64,000 nucleotides of DNA from an uncultured Desulfobacteraceae bacterium (GTDB taxonomy: Bacteria; Desulfobacterota; Desulfobacteria; Desulfobacterales; UBA5616), in NCBI GenBank assembly GCA_964386565.1, contig CAYLRU010000009.1, positions 13,285-77,284 on the forward strand. Direction: 5' to 3'. The notes below the pieces were generated by a model. The model searched no databases. It was not told where the DNA came from and saw only the letters and a program-made list of their open reading frames with translations. The position numbers and the translations under genes were made by a program. How positions within the stretch are numbered: the first letter of the stretch is position 1; each line of letters opens with the position of its first letter. Shown one piece after another: positions 9,282 to 18,788 of this stretch.

Positions 9282-9622
9282 TGATGCCCATGCTGCAAAA
9301 ACCATCCCAAGAACTGGCAAAACGAATTTTGTCGAATGTTCCCTATGAAAATCGTATCGAAGGATTTCGGTTGCGGGAACGCGCGGGGATTCTCCCGGCG
9401 ACCCTGTACAGTTTCAGCGAAATCGTAAGCTTTTTGTCGGAACCCTTTCCCCAGATCGATTTCCCGGAACTGGCGACATGGATACGGGACATTATGGAAG
9501 ATCCCGAACTTGCAGGCAAAGTTGAGGATATCATTGCTGCCGGCGGAAGCGATCTGGAAAAGACAAAACACATTCGAAACATGATGGGGCTTCGTCTTGT
9601 TCAATGCAAAAAAATGGTCTGA
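9278..9622 (+). CDS. Hypothetical protein (114 aa)
   Basis: Its ATG overlaps the TGA stop of the AOR-like gene (ATGA), suggesting translational coupling. I recognise no motif. Confidence 0.5.
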   Translation: MMMPMLQKPSQELAKRILSNVPYENRIEGFRLRERAGILPATLYSFSEIVSFLSEPFPQIDFPELATWIRDIMEDPELAGKVEDIIAAGGSDLEKTKHIRNMMGLRLVQCKKMV

Positions 9623-9882
9623 TGAGAGGACAATCCCAGTGTTCACCCGTCGGTATCGCCACCTATTTTATTAAAGTAAAATATTATGTATTGATATATA
9701 ATTTGCTGTAATAAAACATATTATTATTTCTAAAAACAAGCCTGCCTTAACTTTTCACCTGGCACTTGGTTCTTGTTTCATTTTTTTAGAGGAGCTGTTG
9801 TTGATAACAGGAATGGCGCATTCGCATTCAGGGCCTCGTTTTTCATAAAGCACGGATCAGGTATCGTTACCGGATTTTGCTC

Positions 9883-10884
9883 CTATCGATCGACTGAAAG
9901 GTCGTTAAGGTATTGTTCAATATGAACCGGGCCCGAGACCAGATGTTGCCGGACCATCATTTCTTCCGTATCTTTCCAGGCAGGCACATCGATTGCACCG
10001 ATTCTTGTGTTCAGATGGGGTTTGATGAACTGTCTTGTCAAGGCCAGTTGTTTTTCGATAACATCCACAGGGGTATCTTTATCAAACCGATGAATCGCTT
10101 GGATGGTTTTTTCGGTGTTATCCGGGTTCATTGCCAGTTCCCATCCTCTTAGCAATGCGCTTATAAACGTTTTCACCAGGTCCGGATGACTGTTCAATAC
10201 GGACTCAGAAGTGATAACGGAATTGGCTACCGATCGAATCCCGTGGGCATCCGGATCAAAATAGTCAATCATTTCACCGGCGGCTTTTAATTTGTTTCCG
10301 ATAATCGGTCCCTGTGCATTGCGGTAAATGGGCCATAGATCCACCTTGCCCTGGTAGAACGGGGTGAAGTCGTATCGAACGCTGTAGAACGTCACTTCGG
10401 ATTTTTCGATATGATGTTTTGCCAGGAGGGCATTCATGATGTTCTCGTCAATTCCGCCGTAGGTAATCCCGACAATCTTTTTCCTGAGATCCCCGGGGGT
10501 TTTGATCATGGTTTTCGCGGGGCGATAGATCCATTGAAGGGGATTGATCTGAAACAACTGGGCGATGACGACAATACGGGCCCCCTTATCAATGGCCCGT
10601 ATAACCTGGTCCGCCGAAGCAACCCCGAAATGGGCTCTTTCCAGTTCAAGTTCCTTTATGGCATCCCTTTCCGGTCCGCCGGGTTTGACGATGACATTCA
10701 GTCCTTTTTCAGCGTACAATCCATGTACGTCGGCATATATGTCGCCTGCAACGCTTGTATTGAATATCCATTTAAGACGATAGTATATAACGGTGTCATC
10801 TTGCGCGCCTTGTACGGAATGCACGGCAATAAGGACCGAAACAGCAATCAGGAGAATAAATTTTATACGTAACTTAAATTTCAT
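9883..10884 (-). CDS. ABC transporter substrate-binding protein, NMT1/THI5 (SsuA/TauA/ThiY)-like
   Basis: Start moved to MKFKLRIKFILLIAV... (signal peptide), whose ATG overlaps the permease stop (ATGA). The body resembles NMT1-type binding proteins. Confidence 0.8.
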   Translation of the reverse strand: MKFKLRIKFILLIAVSVLIAVHSVQGAQDDTVIYYRLKWIFNTSVAGDIYADVHGLYAEKGLNVIVKPGGPERDAIKELELERAHFGVASADQVIRAIDKGARIVVIAQLFQINPLQWIYRPAKTMIKTPGDLRKKIVGITYGGIDENIMNALLAKHHIEKSEVTFYSVRYDFTPFYQGKVDLWPIYRNAQGPIIGNKLKAAGEMIDYFDPDAHGIRSVANSVITSESVLNSHPDLVKTFISALLRGWELAMNPDNTEKTIQAIHRFDKDTPVDVIEKQLALTRQFIKPHLNTRIGAIDVPAWKDTEEMMVRQHLVSGPVHIEQYLNDLSVDR

Positions 10885-11645
10885 GATGTTACCCCGGACG
10901 TGGTATCCCATTTTTTTCGAATGGCCTGACCGGCATACTCCAGCAACAGCAGATACATGGAAGTACAGATGCCGATGAGGAAAAGGGCGGTCAGTATTTT
11001 TGACAGGTCACTCTGATACAGGGCGATTCGGATCCGGTATCCGATTCCGGCATCGGCGGCGATGAATTCCGCCACAATGGTTCCCACCATGGCAACGGTC
11101 GCACTACCCGAAATGACCGTGATGAGTTTGGAAATATTTTCAAATATTCGGATTTTAAGCTGAAGTCTGAACGTGAGGCGTCGGGTTACCGAGTAGAAGT
11201 GTTCGATATCCTCAATGGGTTCGGAAAAAATACCGATAAATGACAGCAAAATGGGGAAATAACAGATCATGACGGTGATCAGCAGCCTGGAGGTGATTCC
11301 GTCGCCGAACAGGATGAAAATGATGGGGGCAACCGCCACGATGGGATATGCCTGTATATTGTAAGCACTGGTTTTGAGGAAAGAGCCGATCCAGTTTGTC
11401 AGGGTGGCGACAACGGCAACCAGTGTTGCCAAGCCGATTGAAATCATGTGACCGATGACGGCCACGGAAAGGGTATCCAATACATGTAACAGGTAATCGA
11501 AAAAATAGGACCGGGCCGTCGTCCACACTTCCGGAGGGGATGGGATCACATAATTTGAAAGATTGAATGCATACTTGAACAGGAAAAGTCCGGTTAAGCC
11601 CATGGCATAGACCATTAAAAACTGGTATAGTCGCCTATAAAGCAT
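10881..11645 (-). CDS. ABC transporter permease
   Basis: Multi-span hydrophobic protein of 254 aa, placed between the ATPase and binding-protein genes. Confidence 0.8.
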   Translation of the reverse strand: MLYRRLYQFLMVYAMGLTGLFLFKYAFNLSNYVIPSPPEVWTTARSYFFDYLLHVLDTLSVAVIGHMISIGLATLVAVVATLTNWIGSFLKTSAYNIQAYPIVAVAPIIFILFGDGITSRLLITVMICYFPILLSFIGIFSEPIEDIEHFYSVTRRLTFRLQLKIRIFENISKLITVISGSATVAMVGTIVAEFIAADAGIGYRIRIALYQSDLSKILTALFLIGICTSMYLLLLEYAGQAIRKKWDTTSGVTS

Positions 11646-12327
11646 TCATGATCTCCAGCATGATCCGGTCAAGGATTGAAGGTTCCGGTTTTTCTTGCCC
11701 AGTATAATCGAATCCCGCCACAGTAGCAATACGAGGGTGTTTTTCGGGCCGTCTGAGGACCAGGATGTCTTTGCAGAATTTTGAGACCTCGGCGACATTG
11801 TGGGAAATGTATAAAAATGCCTTGTCCGGAAAACGGTTTTTGATTTTCAGGATAATCTGCTGTTTGGTCGATTCATCCACGTTGGCCAGGCTTTCGTCCA
11901 TGATGAGCATGTCAAAATCCTGGACAAGGTACCGGGTCAGGTTGGCCCGGTTCTGTTGTCCCAGGGAGAGTTGGGAAAACCGTGATGTCATTACCGGTGC
12001 AAGACCAAAGGTCTCAACAATGTCCACCAGGCAGTCGGTTCTGTCGGCAGGTGTAATGTCGTTAAGAATTTTCCTGATGGAAGACCAGTTGGGCAACCGC
12101 TCAAGATTATAGGTATATAAAACACGGTTTATCCGGCTGTTGTCCACACAACCGGTAAAATTGGCAGTTTCATTGGCAATAATTTGGGCCAGGGTCGTTT
12201 TCCCCACGCCAGACGGTCCGAAAAGAGCGTGAAAACCCGGTCCCCGGATCCGGTGCGACAAATTTTCAAAGACCGGGAAAGTGGATTTCCGGTGCTGAAA
12301 TGTAATGTCTTTCAGATCGATATGCAT
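11635..12327 (-). CDS. ABC transporter ATP-binding protein
   Basis: Walker A GPSGVGKTT, signature LSLGQQ, Walker B LIMDE. Confidence 0.88.
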   Translation of the reverse strand: MHIDLKDITFQHRKSTFPVFENLSHRIRGPGFHALFGPSGVGKTTLAQIIANETANFTGCVDNSRINRVLYTYNLERLPNWSSIRKILNDITPADRTDCLVDIVETFGLAPVMTSRFSQLSLGQQNRANLTRYLVQDFDMLIMDESLANVDESTKQQIILKIKNRFPDKAFLYISHNVAEVSKFCKDILVLRRPEKHPRIATVAGFDYTGQEKPEPSILDRIMLEIMNAL

Positions 12328-12334
12328 GTCAATG

Positions 12335-13156
12335 TCAGGTTTTCAAAGTATACTCCGGATCTTTGAATACCGGGGCTCTTTTTTCAAAGTTAGCGGCAAT
12401 GGCTTCGAGCTGATTGGGGGTGCCCACGAGCGTTGTTTCCAGTTCGGATTCCATCATAAGCCCCCGTGCTGAATCGCCGTGCCACACCTCATTTAATAAT
12501 TTTTTCGCAGCACGAACAGCATCCGGGTTTTTGGATGCAATTTCCCTGGCCAGATTTATGGCTTCCGCATGGGGATTCTCGCATGTCCGGGTCACCAGAT
12601 GAAGTCTGGCTGCTTCTTCTCCGCTGATGATTTTTCCGGTAAAGATCAGTTCTTTTGCCACATCGATAGAGACCAAGTCCCTTATGGTCTGGGATGCAGA
12701 CATGTCCGGAATAAGGCCCCATTTCATTTCCATGATGGAAAATTTTGCATCCGGTGTGGAAAAACGGATATCAGCGCCAAGGGCGATTTGACAGCCGCCG
12801 CCGAAGGCAACACCATGAACGGCTGCGATAACCGGCATGGGCAATTGCTTCCATCCGTAAGCAATATGCTGGAATATATTGGTTATCCGGTCTTCATAAC
12901 GGTCTGTCAGGCTTGTAATTTTGTTTTCCCGGGGTGATTGCATGGCGGAAAAATTTTCAAAGTCCAGGCCTGCACAGAAACCTTTTCCTTCGCCGGAAAT
13001 CACCACAGACCTGACGTCGGACATCGTGGCAAGCCTGTTGATGGTATCAGCCATGGCTGCGATCATATCATGGCTCAAAGCGTTATATTTTTCAGGCCGG
13101 TTGAACCGGACATCCGCCACATGACTGTCAATTGAAAGGGTTACCAACTCTGTCAT
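12335..13156 (-). CDS. Enoyl-CoA hydratase/isomerase (crotonase) family protein
   Basis: N-terminus ...VRFNRPEKYNAL... with the oxyanion-hole motif GKGFCAGLD. SD AGGAGGA lies upstream. Confidence 0.85.
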   Translation of the reverse strand: MTELVTLSIDSHVADVRFNRPEKYNALSHDMIAAMADTINRLATMSDVRSVVISGEGKGFCAGLDFENFSAMQSPRENKITSLTDRYEDRITNIFQHIAYGWKQLPMPVIAAVHGVAFGGGCQIALGADIRFSTPDAKFSIMEMKWGLIPDMSASQTIRDLVSIDVAKELIFTGKIISGEEAARLHLVTRTCENPHAEAINLAREIASKNPDAVRAAKKLLNEVWHGDSARGLMMESELETTLVGTPNQLEAIAANFEKRAPVFKDPEYTLKT

Positions 13157-13206
13157 TTTATTATCCTCCTTGTTGATGATACAAATTCATATGTTTCAAA
13201 TTCTTC

Positions 13207-14508
13207 TTATCGCATTAAACCCGGTAAAAACAAAGCAATTTGAGGAAAAGGGATCAATACCAGGGATCCCAGGATCAATGCGATTAAAAAAGGAAAAACG
13301 CCTTTAAAGATGACGTGCAGCGGAACATCATGTGCCACGCCGCTGACGACATAGACATTAATTCCCACGGGCGGCGTGATAACGCCGATCTGGGTGATCA
13401 GGACGATGATGACGCCGAACCACATGGGATCATATCCCAGGGTATTGACCACCGGATAAAAGATCGGGACCGTCAGCATAATCAGGGCCAATGCGTCGAT
13501 AAAGCATCCACCGATCAGGTAAACCATAATGATCAATCCCATGATCGCCCAGGACGGCAGGTCAAACCCGACGATCCAATTGGCAATATCAAAGGGGATT
13601 CGCGTGACGGCAAGAAAATGCCCGAAGATGGTGGCGCCGGCAACGATGACCAGAATCATGCAGGATATCCGGGTAGTTTCGTAAAGCGCCTGTCTGAACC
13701 TGTTTAATGGAAGGTTGCGTCTCGCCATGGCGATGACCAGTGCACCGAAGGCACCGATTGCGCCGGCCTCGGTGGGTGTGAAAAAACCCAAAAAAAGGCC
13801 GCCCATGACAATGATAAACAAAATAATGGTTTCAATGAGACCGAAAAGGGACCGGGCTTTTTCCTTTAAGCTTGTCCTGGGGCCTTTCGGTGCCAGGGCT
13901 GGATTTGCTTTTGTCCAGATGACGACGGCAATGATGAACAGTATCGTCAAAAGGAGTCCCGGTATGATCCCGGCCATGAAAAGTTTTCCGATGGACTGTT
14001 CCGTCATGATGCCGTAAAGAATGAAAATGACGCTGGGGGGAATGAGTATCCCCATGCTGCCGCCGGCGGCAACGACGCCTGTGGCGAGTTTGTCATTGTA
14101 GTGATATTTTCGCATTTCAGGCAGGGCAACCGCGGCCATGGTCGCCGCTGTTGCGTTGGTGGACCCGCTGATGGCGGAGAATCCGGTGCATGCGCCGATG
14201 GTTGCGATGGCAACCCCGCCGGGCCAGTGACCGATGAACTTATACGCCGTGTTGAACAACCGGCTGCTGATACCCGAATGAAAAGCAATCTGTCCCATCA
14301 GTATGAAAAGAGGGATAACAGTGAGGTTATAAGAACCGAAAACTTCAAACAGATCCACTGCCAGAAGATTCATGGCCGCATCGAATGACACAAGATATCC
14401 AAAACCGATAAAGCCGATGGCGGCCATGACGAATCCCACCGGCATGTTGGAAAAAATAAAAACGAATAAACAGCATAACCCCAAGATACCCACCGACGTC
14501 GGTGTCAT
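13207..14508 (-). CDS. TRAP transporter large permease subunit (DctM family)
   Basis: 433-aa polytopic membrane protein with DctM-like sequence, downstream of the DctQ/DctP-type genes. Confidence 0.9.
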   Translation of the reverse strand: MTPTSVGILGLCCLFVFIFSNMPVGFVMAAIGFIGFGYLVSFDAAMNLLAVDLFEVFGSYNLTVIPLFILMGQIAFHSGISSRLFNTAYKFIGHWPGGVAIATIGACTGFSAISGSTNATAATMAAVALPEMRKYHYNDKLATGVVAAGGSMGILIPPSVIFILYGIMTEQSIGKLFMAGIIPGLLLTILFIIAVVIWTKANPALAPKGPRTSLKEKARSLFGLIETIILFIIVMGGLFLGFFTPTEAGAIGAFGALVIAMARRNLPLNRFRQALYETTRISCMILVIVAGATIFGHFLAVTRIPFDIANWIVGFDLPSWAIMGLIIMVYLIGGCFIDALALIMLTVPIFYPVVNTLGYDPMWFGVIIVLITQIGVITPPVGINVYVVSGVAHDVPLHVIFKGVFPFLIALILGSLVLIPFPQIALFLPGLMR

Positions 14509-14529
14509 TCAATTTTCCTTCACAATATT

Positions 14530-15021
14530 TCAGCGTTTTAAAAAAATGGTGAATCCGGATTTCACAAACCTGAAAAACAGCACGGCAAAAAGCAGACCGC
14601 ATCCGACACCGATTCCACGGGCAATGAGAAAAATGGGGATTTGCAGTGTCATGGAAACCTCACCGGCCGTATTTAAGCTTTGTGCATATGAAAAGCATTG
14701 CCAGGTAACGAGGGCGAACAGAACAGCGCCGATGAGGTCATTGATGAGCATAATAAGATTTCTTGTACTGGAAGCCAGTCGCTGGACCAGGAAATCTACC
14801 GCGATATGTCCCTTCATGACGGATGTATGTGCTAAAGAAAATGAAACAAAAAGGGCGCCGAGGAATCCGATCAGTTCATAGGTCCCGGTAATGGGTCTGC
14901 GGAAAAATCTGAGAAACACATCCGTGCAGGTCAGAAGCATCATGGCGACTACGGACAAGGCCGCCATGATATTAAACCCGTATGCTGTTTTTTCAATCCA
15001 TCGGTCGATCTTTTCCAGCAC
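14530..15021 (-). CDS. TRAP transporter small permease subunit (DctQ family)
   Basis: 163 aa with four hydrophobic segments, positioned between the P and M subunits. Confidence 0.8.
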   Translation of the reverse strand: MLEKIDRWIEKTAYGFNIMAALSVVAMMLLTCTDVFLRFFRRPITGTYELIGFLGALFVSFSLAHTSVMKGHIAVDFLVQRLASSTRNLIMLINDLIGAVLFALVTWQCFSYAQSLNTAGEVSMTLQIPIFLIARGIGVGCGLLFAVLFFRFVKSGFTIFLKR

Positions 15022-15022
15022 T

Positions 15023-16060
15023 TTATTCTCCCGGTTGTTTTAACACACACGTCTTAATCATGGTATTGATATCATCCACATATTGTTGACCGGGAAGTCC
15101 TTTTTCCACTGCGGATTTAATATATTCGGCAATGACCGGCTGAACCGCCCGGCTCCATTTGGCCTGCTCGACATCATCAAGCGGAATAATTCCATTTCCC
15201 CGGCTCAGGGTATATTCGCGTCCGGCGTTATCTACATTGTCCCATGTGGTGCCGTGTACAGCGATCCATTCACTGCTGACATCATCAAATATTTTTTTTA
15301 AGTCATCGGGCAATGCATTCCATTTATTCTTGTTCATCACCACGAACATGGCCGTGGTATATCCCACCTTGTAGCAATCCGTGGTATATTTGATAACCTC
15401 CGCCTGTCGCCATCCCTTCAGCACTTCAATGGGGCCGAAGGTTCCTTCAACAACCCCTTTCTGCAGGGCTTCGTAAGTGGCTCCCTGGGGCATGGCTACG
15501 GGAACGCCGCCCAATGCCTTGACCACCTTTGCGCTCAAACCGGTGGAGCGAATCTTCATCCTGGCAAGATCTTCTAATTTTTTTACCGGCTTTTGGGTAT
15601 GCAGCAAACCAGGGCCATGGGCATGGAGATATAATACCTTGACGTCAATCAATTCATCGGGTTGGGTTTTTTTATAAAAATCGTTGGCAACACGGGTGGC
15701 AACGGTTCCATTTGGATATCCCAGGGGAAGGTCAAGGGCTTCCATCACCGGAAATCTTCCCCGCGTATAGGCAAAACAGGACATGGCAATATCCGATATC
15801 CCGTTTACAACGCCCTCATATGCCTGGTTGGCCTTTGTAAGGGTCCCGCCGGGGAAAACGGTAATCTTGACCCTGCCGTTTGATCTTTTTTCTATTTCTT
15901 TTGCCCAGGAAACTCCGGCTTCACATTGGCCGTGTGTGGACGGGAAAAAGATGCTGTACGTCAGATCCACGGTTTCCGCAATTGCCGACGTTGGACAGAC
16001 CGGTAAAAAGGCCATGGGAAAAAAAAGCACCAGCGTGAACATCATACTGAATCTTTTCAT
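15023..16060 (-). CDS. TRAP transporter substrate-binding subunit (DctP family)
   Basis: 345 aa with an N-terminal signal peptide. It is the first gene of the P-Q-M set. Confidence 0.85.
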   Translation of the reverse strand: MKRFSMMFTLVLFFPMAFLPVCPTSAIAETVDLTYSIFFPSTHGQCEAGVSWAKEIEKRSNGRVKITVFPGGTLTKANQAYEGVVNGISDIAMSCFAYTRGRFPVMEALDLPLGYPNGTVATRVANDFYKKTQPDELIDVKVLYLHAHGPGLLHTQKPVKKLEDLARMKIRSTGLSAKVVKALGGVPVAMPQGATYEALQKGVVEGTFGPIEVLKGWRQAEVIKYTTDCYKVGYTTAMFVVMNKNKWNALPDDLKKIFDDVSSEWIAVHGTTWDNVDNAGREYTLSRGNGIIPLDDVEQAKWSRAVQPVIAEYIKSAVEKGLPGQQYVDDINTMIKTCVLKQPGE

Positions 16061-16389
16061 TTTTTTCTCCTTGCAAATGAGTTTGGGGATGGGTTGTTTC
16101 GGTATTAATTACGCCAACTACCTATTATTTTTTCAATGGTGCTGTCAATAGATTCCGTTCTGAGGAATGCAAAAAGTCATCATTTTTCCATTATTTATCC
16201 GGCATTTCGTACCATAACAAATGATTGCGGGCGATTTGATACATGTTCATGCAAATGCTTTTTATGATTAAAAATAAATGTTTAACACCTTGATATTAAA
16301 AATGAGATCTGATAGTAAAAATAGTTTACCGCCATGGAAAACAACCCTATGGCGAACAGGTATTGCCCCAGTATAAAAAAGGAGGATTT

Positions 16390-17427
16390 ATGATCAGGGT
16401 TGGCATTGTCGGAGCAAATGGGTATGCCGGAGCCGAGCTTGTCAGAATTTTAGTCGCTCATCCGGAAGCGAACCTGACGATAATTACGTCCCGACAGTAT
16501 TCCGGAAAAAAATTCAGCCGGATTTATCCGTCTATGGAGAATGTGGTTGACCTTGTTTGCGAGGACATGTCCATAGACCGGTTGTGTGACGCGGCAGATG
16601 TAATTTTTACCGCACTGCCTCATAAAATTCCAATGGAAATAATTCCCGGATTGATCAACAACGGTAAAAAGGTAATTGATCTTTCTGCTGATTTTCGGTT
16701 TTCAGATGTTGCGCGTTACGAAGCTTTTTATCAGCCCCACACGGCTCCGGAACTGCTGAAGCAGTCGGTTTACGGTTTAAGTGAAATCTTTTTCGATGAA
16801 ATTAAGACGGCACGGCTCATCGGAAACCCAGGGTGTTATCCGACCAGTGTTCTTTTGCCGCTCATACCGTTGCTGAAGCAGAATCTGATAGAGGAGACCA
16901 CCATTATCGCGGATTCAAAATCCGGTGTCAGCGGGGCGGGACGCTCCCTGTCGCCGACATCCCATTTCTGTGAAGTGAATGAATCCTACAAGGCGTATAA
17001 GGTCGGAGAACACCGTCATACACCGGAAATGGAAGAGGTATTGAGCCGTGAAGCGGGCATGCCGATTCATATCACCTTTGTTCCCCATCTGGTGCCCATG
17101 ACCCGGGGAATGTTGACGACCATTTACGCTGTTTTGCAACAGAATGTCGGCGAAAGGGATATTGAAGAGTGTTTTCATACTTACTACAATGAACAGCCGT
17201 TCATTCGACTCTGCAAGGATAACAGAATGCCGGATACACTGCATGTTAAGGGAACGAATTTTTGTGATATCGGATTTCGGATTGAAAAACATAACAGGCG
17301 AATCATTCTGTTATCAGCCATTGATAACTTGGTAAAGGGGGCATCGGGGCAGGCCGTTCAAAACATGAATATCATGATGGGGTATGATCAGACCGCCGGC
17401 TTACTGCAGGTGCCGTACCCATTATAG
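16390..17427 (+). CDS. argC: N-acetyl-gamma-glutamyl-phosphate reductase
   Basis: Begins MIRVGIVGANGYAG, with SD AAGGAGG 5 nt upstream of the ATG at 16390. The active-site motif GNPGCYPT is present. The TTG at 16363 in the ORF track was rejected as the start. Confidence 0.92.
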   Translation: MIRVGIVGANGYAGAELVRILVAHPEANLTIITSRQYSGKKFSRIYPSMENVVDLVCEDMSIDRLCDAADVIFTALPHKIPMEIIPGLINNGKKVIDLSADFRFSDVARYEAFYQPHTAPELLKQSVYGLSEIFFDEIKTARLIGNPGCYPTSVLLPLIPLLKQNLIEETTIIADSKSGVSGAGRSLSPTSHFCEVNESYKAYKVGEHRHTPEMEEVLSREAGMPIHITFVPHLVPMTRGMLTTIYAVLQQNVGERDIEECFHTYYNEQPFIRLCKDNRMPDTLHVKGTNFCDIGFRIEKHNRRIILLSAIDNLVKGASGQAVQNMNIMMGYDQTAGLLQVPYPL

Positions 17428-17451
17428 CGCGAAGGCCAGTTGTTGAGAGTA

Positions 17452-17480
17452 CTTGACAACCCGTTTCTATTGGACTAAGA
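17452..17480 (+). promoter_or_regulatory. Weak sigma70-like promoter candidate upstream of folD
   Basis: Consensus -35 TTGACA (17452-17457), a 17-nt spacer, and a poor -10 TAAGAG (3/6 matches). Confidence 0.25.
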
Positions 17481-17548
17481 GAGGATTTTGATTTTACATT
17501 GTCGATTATTGCTTTAATTAGACCTACATATAGCGAAAGGAGACAAAC

Positions 17549-18457
17549 ATGACGGCAAAATTAATTAAGGGTACGGATATTCGGGAGGAAATCCTGAATG
17601 AAATCACGAAGGAAGTCGCCCAGATCAAAGAAAAACACGGTGTTGTTCCGGGATTGGTCACCATCCTCGTGGGAGAAAATCCTGCCTCTGTTTCTTATGT
17701 GACGTTAAAAATTAAAACGGCCCACCGGGTCGGATTTAAAGAAATACAGGACAATCAAAGCCCGGACATTTCCGAAGCGGATCTCCTGGCATTAATCGAC
17801 AAGTATAATAAAGATGATTCAATTCACGGGATATTGGTACAACTTCCGTTGCCCAAGCATATCAATGAAAAAAAGGTACTGAATGCCATTGACCCGGACA
17901 AGGATGTGGACGGATTCCATCCTGTCAATGTCGGCCGGTTGATGATCGGCGGAAGCGAAGTGAAATTTCCCCCCTGCACTCCCGCCGGGATTCAGGAAAT
18001 GATCGTAAGAGCAGGTGTTGAAACAAGCGGTGCGGAACTGGTTGTTGTCGGACGATCCAATATTGTGGGCAAGCCCATTGCCAACATGATGCTCCAGAAA
18101 GGACCGGGAGCGAATTCCACCGTTACCGTTGTTCACACCCGGACAAAAAATATGGATGAACATTGTAAACGGGCTGATATTCTGATTGTCGCAGCCGGTG
18201 TTCCCAACCTTGTCAAACCGGAATGGATAAAGCCCGGGGCGTGCGTCATTGATGTCGGTGTTAATCGTGTGGGGGAAAAAATCAGTGAAAAAACCGGTAA
18301 GAAGGTTGCCATATTAAGAGGCGACGTTGATTTTGATGCGGCCAAGGAAATCGCCGGATACATAACACCTGTTCCGGGTGGTGTAGGGCCCATGACGATT
18401 ACCATGCTCATGAAAAATACCTTGAACTCCCTGAAATTCAAACTGGGTATCAATTAG
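17549..18457 (+). CDS. folD: Bifunctional methylenetetrahydrofolate dehydrogenase/methenyl-THF cyclohydrolase
   Basis: Motifs VVGRSNIVGKP and PVPGGVGPMT. SD AAGGAG lies upstream. Confidence 0.95.
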   Translation: MTAKLIKGTDIREEILNEITKEVAQIKEKHGVVPGLVTILVGENPASVSYVTLKIKTAHRVGFKEIQDNQSPDISEADLLALIDKYNKDDSIHGILVQLPLPKHINEKKVLNAIDPDKDVDGFHPVNVGRLMIGGSEVKFPPCTPAGIQEMIVRAGVETSGAELVVVGRSNIVGKPIANMMLQKGPGANSTVTVVHTRTKNMDEHCKRADILIVAAGVPNLVKPEWIKPGACVIDVGVNRVGEKISEKTGKKVAILRGDVDFDAAKEIAGYITPVPGGVGPMTITMLMKNTLNSLKFKLGIN

Positions 18458-18520
18458 ATACGACCTGTTGCCCTGGTCATTGGGGAACGGGGAATGCGCT
18501 TACATTGCCTGTTTAAAAAA

Positions 18521-18567
18521 TGCCGATGGGTGCTGGATATTCTGTGGATTAACAGCACCCATCGGCA
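18521..18567. repeat. Perfect 15-bp inverted repeat (stem-loop) in the folD / M23-peptidase spacer
   Basis: tgccgatgggtgctg (18521-18535) pairs with cagcacccatcggca (18553-18567) around a 17-nt loop. An A6 run precedes it, and no T-run follows on the plus strand. Confidence 0.5.
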
Positions 18568-18650
18568 GATTACCATGGACATGGCTCTCAAAAAATAGCA
18601 CAAAGAATTGTTGTATATTTTGCCGATCATACAACATATGGTATAAATGC

Positions 18651-18678
18651 TTGACATGGTTATTTATTGTGTGATAAA
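18651..18678 (+). promoter_or_regulatory. Sigma70-like promoter candidate for the M23 peptidase / secA region
   Basis: TTGACA (18651-18656), a 16-nt spacer ending in TGT (extended -10-like), then GATAAA (18673-18678). Confidence 0.3.
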
Positions 18679-18788
18679 TGAACCATGATTAGATCAATCC
18701 GGCTGTCGTGGGTTATTCTATGTGGCGTGTTGAACTGATGATCTCATAATTCCTTTTCGGTATAAACACATTTTCAGGTCAGATAATT

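Noticed and set aside
9764-9781. A TGGCAC (sigma54 -24-like) element in the convergent spacer after orf114. A perfect TATAAT also lies at 9698-9703.
   Set aside because: No TTGC lies at -12 spacing, and TATAAT has no matching -35. There is no downstream plus-strand gene for 6.5 kb. A small RNA cannot be excluded, but nothing supports one.
16363-16389. A TTG start giving argC a 9-aa extension (MPQYKKGGF).
   Set aside because: A strong SD (AAGGAGG) sits inside this extension and serves the ATG at 16390. ArgC homologues start at MIRVGIVGA.. .
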